NCBI GenBank assembly: GCA_976226885.1
Contig: OZ320316.1
Span: 58,094,001-58,158,000 of the forward strand
DNA from: Iphione sp. A-MEVVRFRX5
Taxonomy: Eukaryota
DNA length: 64,000 nt
Reading direction: 5' to 3'
The position numbers and the translations under genes were made by a program. Positions 53,906-64,000 of the stretch are shown in pieces. Numbering within the stretch: the stretch's first letter is position 1; every line of letters starts with the position of its first letter. The notes beneath the pieces are model-generated. The model worked only from the letters and a program-made list of their open reading frames with translations, had not been told where the DNA came from and made no database searches.

Positions 53906-54329
53906 CAGTATACAGTCGAACCTTAAAGGACAAACTGACATAGCAGACAACTCTCTGCAGATTCAGAGACTCCAGAATGATACCAAAAGGCTACATTTCA
54001 TAATGAATGTCTACCGTCGACACAATTTTACAGTTCCTGTGTCTACAGTACGAGATTTTACTTACTCTACTCTTCTGCTGCATTATAAAAGAATAAATGT
54101 CAGTTCCCTATTCATAATGCACTTCTTTCGTTCGTGGTATACTCGTAAACCACTTGTTAAATTTATTTCCATTATTAATATATACAATAACTTGCTCACA
54201 TAAATACAACTGTTGGACAATATACACAGTGTGTACTTACGCTCTATAATGGAAATAAACATTTAGGACAAAAAAACTGAATTTCATGTAAATAGATATG
54301 TATTCTCAAGCTATCCTAGATATACGGAG

Positions 54330-54660
54330 GCCGTTGGTGTCTCACAGTATGGGTGCCAGGATCTTGGCCATTTTTTACCCTTCGTATTTCATAACACGAG
54401 TTATTCGACTTCCCATCCTTTTCACTAGGATTTATGTTACATAGCGAGGTATATTCTAATGAATCCATATCTCAGACACAGGTCTTCGTCTTTGTGGTCA
54501 TTCCACCGCAAGCTATCTATTCGGCTGTGCTATCTCGTCCGCGATGAATGAAGGGAAGTCAATGCGGTCCGGTCAGACTCGTCTGTTTGTAAACATTACA
54601 TCTGCGTCACAGTTTCTCGGCCTTCTTGATGACAATAGCTTCTTTTCGGGGACCATAACG
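54330..54660 (-). mobile_element. Possible N-terminal part of the same Penelope-like ORF
   Basis: KEAIVIKKAEKL (cf. DIVIK(K/P)ADKG) lies on the same strand upstream of the RT, in the expected order. The rest is poorly conserved, with several stops. Confidence 0.3.
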
Positions 54661-57600
54661 ATGACTGTGCACTTATTTGTTTTCTGTATGTGAGGGGGAG
54701 AGGCTTGAATTTGCAATTCTGAAGAGCGATATTTGAATTGTCCAGTGTTTGAATTGGCCAGTCGGGCTTTTCTTTGCTCTCTGCTCTGACGCTGCACCAC
54801 CGTGTCCTTTATTAAAGATGCTGTGACAATTCGCAGGCTTTTTGTGTGGTTATAGGTGTTCTATTTTTGGCTTTCTCGATTAGACTTTGCTATGACAGCG
54901 GCTGTCTGGATGGCTCATAAGGCAGAGCGTGAGGGCTGTGGATCTGCGAAAGAAACACCTCTAACAGTGCCGACTCTTGGTCAGTGGCAAAGTTTTTGTT
55001 GATCTGCGACAGGTGAAGGGGAGAGGTTTGTATCCGACATGCAAGGAGATGACCATTTGCCACTTTTTGCCTTCCTGTCGTTCTTTGGAATGCATATTAT
55101 CTGGATCAGGTGGCGTTCTGTCCGTTCTCCTTTGCCTTCTTTACATCGCCTATATAAACAGTTGCCTGAAATTATTTCCTCATATGTCTCATGAAAAAGT
55201 GATTTTGGTTAAGTTGTTCTCAAATGTTGGTATCATACTGTATATATATATGTATAGCATATAAATAGTATATTTATATGAATATATGAGACGTTTATTC
55301 ACCGAGCAACCAGCCATGTCTCCAAGCTACCGATGATCCACGGAACATATGACGTTATTTATCCAACAGTCGCTCTGGTTAAATATTTCTTTCAGTAAAG
55401 GCCATTCTTATTATCTATTCTCTCATCGTGCTGTGTATACTACAAATATATATGTGGATATAAATAATGTATTTATAATAATAATATATGATTTGTTTAT
55501 TCGTATAGCAACTCTGTGTTGGTTGCTTGGTACCTTCTCTACTCTAATGTATGTCTCTGACGGCTCGAAAATTGATAACAAATAAACAATTGTTCACTCT
55601 AATGGATATTTGAAGTACATGTATTGTGTATCATTGAGAAAGCTTTTTTTTTAAAAAAAATTGTAGATTGTGCTGTGTTTTTCAGTTGGTGTAGGAATCT
55701 GATTTCATGCTTAAAACTATTGTATACTGATCTTAACATTAATAGTGATTCCATAGATTTCATGCAGGGCCACTAGAATGTATTTCAAAAATATGTTCCC
55801 CTGAACGACTAGGGTCATATTCTCTCCCGCAGGATTATTTATAAATGGTCAATTGGCCGAATAAACGTTTTAGTTATACATATCTCACGCCATAGCTTAT
55901 CGACCTTGGACACTATGTAGATGGTTTTGATATATAATATTTTTTTACTCCGTTTGAGGATATAGATGATCTCATTTCCAACTTGTTGATTCTGAATCGT
56001 ATGTATCTGGACCATTCCTCTGGGAGGAGGGATGCTATATGGTTGGCGGAGTAGGCGAGGTATAGGTCAAATAAAGAGTTTGTCGCATCCATTACACGCA
56101 CAAGTTAATGTGTGGGATCCATCCAGGCAGCCATGCCTCGTTGATTCCCCCACTTTTCTAAGTGAACGCGTCTTGTCACGTACTGCTGTACACCTGATTT
56201 GATTCCTGATATACGTTAACAGATCTACGTGTCCGCAGAATCATTTCAACCTGAAACTCAACATTGGTTAATCATTGCCAGCCACAGGCTGTGTGATAGG
56301 TACCCTTTACGTCTGTAAAATTCTATTCACTTGGCTGGTTCTGTCTTCACCCCGGCTTCCCTCACGGTAGCGGTAGCCAAGGACGTATAAGAGCAGGCGG
56401 ATGTGCGTCCTGAGGCGGTCGGTAAACTTGGTCGGCGCCGTCGCAATGTCCCTCAGAGACGCCAGTTGTAAATGAACCCATTATCTGCCCATTTGCCGGT
56501 CGTCCCTATGGATTACTGCGTCCGTACCCACGCCGGATTCTCCCAATATTAAACGGGATAGAGGCTAATAATGAAATTACGCAATTCCGTCACTTCCCAT
56601 ATTCAGTCGTGATTAGCTCATGCTTCTTACATAGTGCACGGCGCTAGACGAGGGCGGATTATATCGAACAGGAGGCGTTCACTTTTCACGAGCTTTGTCC
56701 CTTTTCATCGTGTTACCCTGCTATTATACCGTTGTCAAATCTAATCAGAACCGATAATTGAATCAGCGCCGATGATTGACGATTGCCTCAAATGCAATCA
56801 TACACTCTGTACCTGGATGGTCGGGGATTGTGGAGGTTGCTCGCGGGCCAGATGGATGAGCGCTACCGCCAACTACAGCGTTGGCGACACCACTGTAACA
56901 AACCAAGCTTAACGCTCGTCCAACGCAATATGCTTCCACTCAGCAGTCAAGCGGCAACAGGGAACCGGACGCTAAGTGGCTGCGGTGCGCGTGCCCGCCT
57001 CACGTTCTGCTGGTGCTAGCTGAATGTGATTGTCCCCGCCATGGTTCGATATCCTGCCCAGCCTGCTGATGGTCATCCTTTGTTTTATTATGCACGCAAT
57101 AGATGGAGATCCCTCACCAAATCCATTCTGAAAAAGCCATACAGACAGCCTGTCCGACTAACTTACTTGTTGCTTCGTTTTTCTCCCTCTGTCTATGATG
57201 AAGAAAGACGCTGCTGTGGACAGCATTGTCAGACTGGAAGCCTGATCTGCTTTCCTGATTCCCCTGTGGAAACTTACGAGCTTAAGTCGGACAAGACCCA
57301 ACTGTGGCTGACCTTGAAGGATCAGTCTCTGACGTTGACTGACAGCAGTGCTAACTTTAGTGAGCGCACGGTTCGCTAATTCATCAGATGGGAGCATTTG
57401 AAGCAAATTGACATGATGGCCGCTGGCTTATATTAGTAATTACGCTAGGTATTACCTGTCTGTTTCCTCCGGAGCCTGGCTACCCAGGATGTTCCTAGCC
57501 TACCTTAGAAGCCCCTTCTCCTACTACTCCTCGTGCTGCCCATCCACTCAGACATCGAAAACTCTAATTGCTAATGCGACTATTTGAATCGGGAAATGGA

Positions 57601-58941
57601 TTCAGGGCAGCAGACCATGAGAACAATTCCCGGCGGGGAGCAGAACAGAAGAGCCAGTGAGCCTGCGTGTTTGGACCAGATTCAGCTTAACACTGGAGGC
57701 GCCTCCATTATGTGCTGCATTTTATTCAAATTACGACTCCAATAATCGTAATTGATCTCCATTCCCAAAAGTAAGGTTGCTCTTGCATGCAGCTAGGGGG
57801 TTACTGTTCGTCGTTAAAAGTCAGTAAAAATGGATGTCCCCAACTATTTATATAAAGTCATTTCATACAAATCTAGGGAAGGTCGGGAATTTAGGTAGGG
57901 AAGCACAAGATGCCAAAGAAAGGGCATCGTCGTGACGTGTGTCATCAGATCCTCATGTTGCGAGGTCGTCGACCCTCATTGGGTAGACATCGAACGTTAT
58001 TCTGCAAAGATAACCTGGGGAAGATGATCGATACCAGAGGCGAAAATCAAATCACGTATAGACTTGGGCCAATTTTACGGTTTGATGGGATTTGAAGTCG
58101 TCGGCGCCATACGCTACGAGGTTCCGTCACTGACCTCTTCTTCCCGGCCTGGCCGGCGGACCATCCAACTACAAGGACGGGTGCTTGGCTTGCTGAGGGC
58201 TATTCCCAATCTCCGCCTTGTTTCCCGGCCATATCCGGTGCGGGCGCTCGACGTTTACATAGCACCGTTCTATTGCCCCGCGCCCATCTCCTTACTCTGC
58301 ATTGTTCCCTACTCCCGTCATGCGCATCGCGTTGACACCATCTGGAGTATCAGCATATTGCAAGTTTTATATCACCATATCCGAACGAGCTCGTTGGTAG
58401 CAAAATGCGAGCGGGGCAGCAAGTCTTCGAAAGCGATCGAAGCAAATCCGTATGGAAAATGTCAATATGACTAGCATTTTGGATGAAATCTACTTCCAAA
58501 CATCCCTGAGTGGAGACCATGTGGCCATGAACAAAGGCTTAAACATTTGTCATAAAAACTAAATAATTACATGACACAAAGCGCCATGTGCTAAACTAAC
58601 AACGAACAGGGTGCTACCCTTGATTCCATTAGATGACTGTGAAATACACCTTACCGAGGCTGCACAAGGTCATAACCTAGAGCAAACCTAAATAAGGAGA
58701 ACTATCAATAAGCACTCTATGTATCTTGTGAATATCCATCTGAATGGGCCTCAGATATCAACCGGTGACTGCAATGAATACCGGCCATGAATTCATCTGT
58801 ATATAAATACTACTACATCTCATTCCATTATTATCATGCTCACATGTATATAGAATTAGAGACAACGATGTTAGTACACACTGGAAAGAAAAGTACTATA
58901 TGTATTTATTAATTCCAGTGTAAATAACGAAAAAAAAATGA

Positions 58942-59265
58942 AGACGCCCTCGGTTCTTCCCCAAACTGTCCACATTTCAGATGTGTCCAGTTTACAGATC
59001 TGTTAGTAGTATGTACAAAGTGTCTTGGTACATTGATGGTCTATGAGTAGCATACGAAAATAATTATCATCAATAAAAGTCCTAAAAGTATTGAATTTGA
59101 CAAGTAAAAGACACAAAAGTGCAGACTTTGATGAGTTAAAGTCTAAAAAGTGCAGAATTTGACAAAACAAGAGTCCTAAAAGTGCTAAATTTGACGAGTA
59201 TTCCCTGTCTACAGGGGGATATTGAGGTCAACCTATGAAAAAGACCTCAGAAGTCCGTCTGCAGG
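58942..59265. mobile_element. Decayed, inverted relative of the 29.8-30.5 kb MITE, including the 31-bp minisatellite
   Basis: AGACGCCCTCGGTTCTTCCCCAAACTGTCCACATT matches the reverse complement of the MITE right arm (about 27/35). AAAAGTCCTAAAAGTATTGAATTTGAC units at 59075-59200 are the reverse complement of the 31-bp unit. CCTATGAAAAAGACCTCAGAAG matches an internal segment (17/22). The order is colinear. Confidence 0.72.
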
Positions 59266-60499
59266 TGCAAACTCACATAACAACACATTGTTCATGCGTC
59301 ATATTGGAGTGTACTTGTGCTAATTTGACTTCAGAGGCTTGAAATTCTACACCAATTCGCACAACAACAATGTCTGCGGGGGAACCCTCCCTTAAAATGG
59401 CTGTCCTGATAGATGTGTTGCTACATAGGTTAAGTATGGGACCAAAATTGGTTCTTTTCCTAATCGTCCACATTTGGGGTGCATTCTCTTTGTAGATGTG
59501 TCTGCGAGGGGATGTCGCACTGTATATCTTTCTAATGAGAGGAAAATATAACTGCAGTCTTAAGTCTCTATATAGATCTCAAACCAATTAGTTTTCCCTT
59601 TTTAGCAGCTAGACAAGAATAGGAACTCATTACCATTCTAAAACCTGGCAAGAAATATTGAGTAACATGAGTAAAATCCTACTGTATAAGTTCCAGAGTC
59701 TATAGTCCAGAGTAGACCCAGATTTACAGCACCACAATACAATCAGATCTATATCAAGAATAAACTTTAAACATACAGCATAGTGGCCAAAATATTTACA
59801 GTACTTACCTGCAGTCCCTCAACGACCCTCTGTTGTTATATGATATGTAAATTAAAATACAACAATATAATCAAGGTCTTTCCAGCTCCTGCCAGCTTCA
59901 AAGCACAACTGAGGTCCTTAACCACTGTGGCCGTGGAGCCAAAAAAATCCCACGGAGCCTCAATACCAGGATGACATATAAGCAGCCCACTTCTCCTAAA
60001 AACATCAGTTAGTCCAGGACGCCAAACCAGAGACAACACCAGGTAGCAGGTGCTCAGAGCCTCCAGTGCTAGCTCTCCAGCCAAGGACCCCTGCCAAAAC
60101 CTTAGAACCTACCTTGCATACTTGCATTGTACTAAGAGCTCTGTTTACCACCACTATTGACTGTTACCAATTATATTGCATTGCTGCACAGACTGGTTGC
60201 TTTATCACTCCAAATATATTTACCATTTATTTGTGCAACTGTCTGTAACCACTATTGTTTGTCTGTAGTTACATATGGAACTACTGGACATTCTGGCTAT
60301 AATATTGCATTTATACATTCCTGCCATGCTTGAAAAGTAATTGTACTGTTATGAACTACATAGCGACTACTTAGGCCTTCACCATACCTTTTATGAATAC
60401 TGTCTAAAGTTATCCATTGTCCTTCTCTCCAATAAAACATCACAATTCCATTTGCAAAATATACTGACTCCTCTATTTATATGGATTCAAAACTGAGAC

Positions 60500-60810
60500 A
60501 ATCAATTAGACCTGACTGAGTTATATGAAGAGAGACTAAACATCACTAGTGCAACACCTTATATTTAACAGATACTCATAGATATATGCAGCATAAGTAT
60601 CCTATTATGGTATCAGAGCTAATGATGTAGTGCATGGAATTCCCCAAAAGATTGTAGAGGACCCACAAGAAGAGGACCTTCAGTTTCACACCTGAGACAG
60701 GAAGATCTGGGAGACAATTGGACAGGTAATAAGGATACACACAGACTGTTCTTCCCTACATCTCCGTTGTAGGGAAGAACCTCCACGCACCAAAGCGGTG
60801 GTGATCTCAA
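60500..60810 (+). mobile_element. CR1/L2 ORF2 C-terminal tail remnant
   Basis: QLDLTELYEERL (cf. LGL..L..RR), PTRRG (cf. TRG) and HRLFFPT (cf. SFFPRT) appear in expected order across frames. Weak. Confidence 0.33.
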
Positions 60811-63597
60811 ACTAAGTGATTAAATATTTATGGCTTCTTGCTGGTAAATACACATTCTTAGTGACTGTAATTGAGACTAATTAAGGGTGCTTTCCAAAGA
60901 AAACTATTTAATGTACATGTATCCTGTGCCGCTGTTCAAGATAGCTCTGGACATTTTAAATCTCAAGGGTCACTTTTAAGCGTCATACTCAATCGTTTAC
61001 CCAGTTGTTAATCCTTTCGTAACAACGACATAGATGCATACACGGACGCACATACAATAGAATGTTTTAAAATGAAAGGATTTACACCTCCGATTTTGCC
61101 CTTCTGTATAGTGTATACAGAATCCTTTACCGTCAGTTACCTAGACGATTGTGGCGATATTAAATATTAATACTAGCCGAGAAGTCAAAATGTGTTTCAT
61201 AAGTATTGTATCCCCCCCAAATATGCTTTTAAGCGATTTGATACTGTCAGCATTTTCTCGTGTGTGTATTGAATGGTAGAGATGTCGGTGTGCCTGATGT
61301 TTATCCTAGAATGTAAACTTTACATGATTTAATGCACCATGATTACCATACATTTAATACTGCACCTACAGAAAAAAAACTCCATCTGCCCCCACAATAC
61401 GTGAAAATCTTCAAAACTATCATCGTGGGCTCACAACAGAAGCAGTAGATCAATACACAGGTGGGTAAATCCCAATGTTAAAAATTCAGTAATTTATGGG
61501 ATTCCCTTACACAGTTATATTTATAGTAATGGACAAGCAGTCGACATCCTTCCTTTAACAGGGACCAGCCTGATATCCTTTAAACTGCCACCGTGTTTTC
61601 ATTGCAAAGACCAGTGCCAGATAGGCAGCAATACCCTTCCAATAGTAGCGACGGCAGAATAATGGCAACTGTATGTACGGCATACAATATTGTACTTTCT
61701 CTCCTGATTGTCAGATCGATTTTACCCTGCACAATTTGCCCCTTTTATTCCCTTTTGTTGATTGTAGCGACCTGAGCAACAAATAGAATTACATTCGGCA
61801 CATCCGCTACAGACTTTGCCAAGAGTGTTGTTAGACATGTAGACAGGAGAAGCGGACAAGGTAATGACACACAGACACACAAGTGCCGACGGCGCCCATG
61901 CTGGCCATCTCTGTGCCCACCAATGTTACGCCAGTCGCGTCCCCTCCCTCTCCGCTTGTGCAAACCGTCGCTACACACGCTAGCTGCCCGTTTGTCATCT
62001 CCTCGACTCTGACTTCACGTCTCATTCCACTAGGCATCATGAACCATTTCGACAAACGTTGACTTGGCCGGTGCAAATCGAACGTACACCCCACCCCCGC
62101 AACTGCCGACTCGTTCTCCTGTTACCCCTCACCCCCACCTTCTCCCAACGCACCGTGATGGGAGAGGAGGCTGGGAACAGAACACAAGGATTGTTTTGGA
62201 CGGGGCAGTGCGGAACTGTGCATTGATTCCTGATTTATTTGTATTTCCATCTGAACATTAGCCGCCAGCTTCCACGGTCAGGTAAACACACACGTCATCG
62301 CTGGCGGCCTCATCACCGTGCAGTATTTACATGAATTAATGCGACCACGTCTGCAGCCATTGACTGTGAACACTTAGGCGAGAGGCGCACGTGCCGGGTG
62401 TTAAGGTTGCACCGGCAGAGAGAGGTAGAGACGAGTGGACTTGGATTATTCAGCTGAATCGTGCGTCAAGTAGACTTTAAGAAGGAGGGGGAACAATATT
62501 TGCTAATGAGCGATGATGTTATTCCAATACATATTCCTCACGCAAAGCTCCCTGTGTAATAGCAGGGGTAAATAATCTTGATTCTTTGCATTAGCTCATG
62601 ACACCTCATTTTGGATCAATTTATTATTTTCGGAGCCATTTTCCTCCAAAAACTATACATATAGTTGTACAGCAACCAGTGGAATGGTATGGCAGAAAAT
62701 AAGCTTCTGACCCGCTATCATTGATCATTGTTTACTGACCTTAGTCTACACCCACTCTGAACCACTAGACACACACACAAAATTACTCATATCCTTCCAT
62801 GACATTCCGATTCGCAACAATCCTGCAATAATGCAAACACGGCCAGGGTAGCGCTCGAGCAGAATATATACAGATGGTACTGTTTACAGTGATATTTTTT
62901 CATGGCCATTATTATTTACGCGTGTTTGATCGCGGAGATCTCCAGGCTTATTACCCAATATGAAGGACGGCTCTTTGTGTGACAAACTGCTACTTGACGA
63001 TCAACCATTAACGTGGTGCGCTGAGGCGTTAATCCCTAGAGTTTTATATCCGTAATGTCTTGTTTTTATATTTCATTCTTATCTTTAATTATTATGGCCG
63101 GCAAGAGCCAACATTTTTTACGCCTCCTGATCTGAGATTTAAGCTTACGTAAGAACATTGAACATTAAGATGTCACAGCGTATATTATTTTGGAGTGATA
63201 CAATATAAGGTTGTAATCTGTAAAATATAGATTTGTTCATTTATCATATTTTCTGGTATGAGCTGTAAACATGTCGCTCCTTTATGATAAACCCTTTACA
63301 CGTATACTTATTGGCACGTGATACATGGACTTAATCATTCTCACCATTGATAATCTAAGACTACTATTCCCTGTGTCCACATGTGAGTCAGCATAAACTG
63401 TACTTATTTCTGTTCGCTAGTATTATGCCGGATGTATGAGAAAAGGTACATTTTGGGATATTAAAGCATTAAACTTCTGACAAACTTCATTATCTATATT
63501 TTTGGTCTTGGTCTAAAAGCTACACATATATTATTATTTTACACACTAATTTTAATTGAATGCTCTTTTAGGGGTATGTTGGCCAGTACAGACTTGT

Positions 63598-63700
63598 ACC
63601 CTGGTAAGACCATACACACTCCAGCAAGGATGGTTCCCTACCCATGAAGACAGTGTAGCACACTAGGAGACCTAGTGTATCCTGTGTGATAGAGCACCGT
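63598..63700 (+). mobile_element. CR1-like RT C-terminal trace
   Basis: TLVRP...WFPTHEDSVAH*ET*CILCDRA resembles LVRP.LEY...W.P.....LE.VQRRA. Short, with stops. Confidence 0.28.
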
Positions 63701-64000
63701 AAAGTGGTTGCTATGTTCCCTTGTGTGCTGTGTTATCCTTAGCTTCATATGCGTTAGCTACAAAAGAGTTACAGAATGTGAAATCCATCCTCAAACCTTT
63801 GTGATCTGGGTGATGGGATGGTTATTGAAGGAAAATCATTATTTTGGGATGGCCATACTCATGTGCCCTGATTTGAAAGATGCTCCCCTTATTCATACGA
63901 AATAAGAACCTGACCAACAAATGTGATGGCGGTGAATATGTTGTGGTTTTCTCCGTCCTTTTCCTACTACAAGGGGAGGGGGGCAGGAAAACTAGGGTTC

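Noticed and set aside
1-64000. tRNA genes, tRNA-derived SINEs, rRNA, operons or defence systems
   Set aside because: No paired A/B boxes with a cloverleaf and no rRNA signature were seen. Coding density is far too low for a prokaryotic or phage locus.

Overview
This is a eukaryotic, gene-poor window with no prokaryotic operon structure, CRISPR array, rRNA or recognisable tRNA. I can support no intact protein-coding gene. The ORF track is mostly chance ORFs under 210 aa. What can be read is a mosaic of broken transposable-element remnants. The best supported are: a Penelope-like (Neptune-type) retroelement with RT, Cys-rich linker and GIY-YIG (52.5-53.9 kb, minus strand), followed by a degenerate hammerhead-like motif; the 5' half of a LINE (ORF1 coiled-coil/RRM plus APE endonuclease, 26.6-28.4 kb) with an internal 169-bp duplication and no RT; and a TA-flanked pogo/Tc1-type MITE (29.77-30.46 kb) carrying three internal tandem arrays, with an inverted decayed relative at about 59 kb. 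Weaker traces resemble Crypton, P-element, hAT, Gypsy integrase, THAP and CR1/L2 tails. The palindrome TACATGTA is strongly enriched, which from recollection suggests a marine invertebrate such as amphioxus (unverified). All protein assignments come from motif recognition by eye, not database searches. I did not find a convincing new biological system. The consistently 'blurred' remnants also leave open that the sequence is very old TE debris or synthetic, model-generated DNA.
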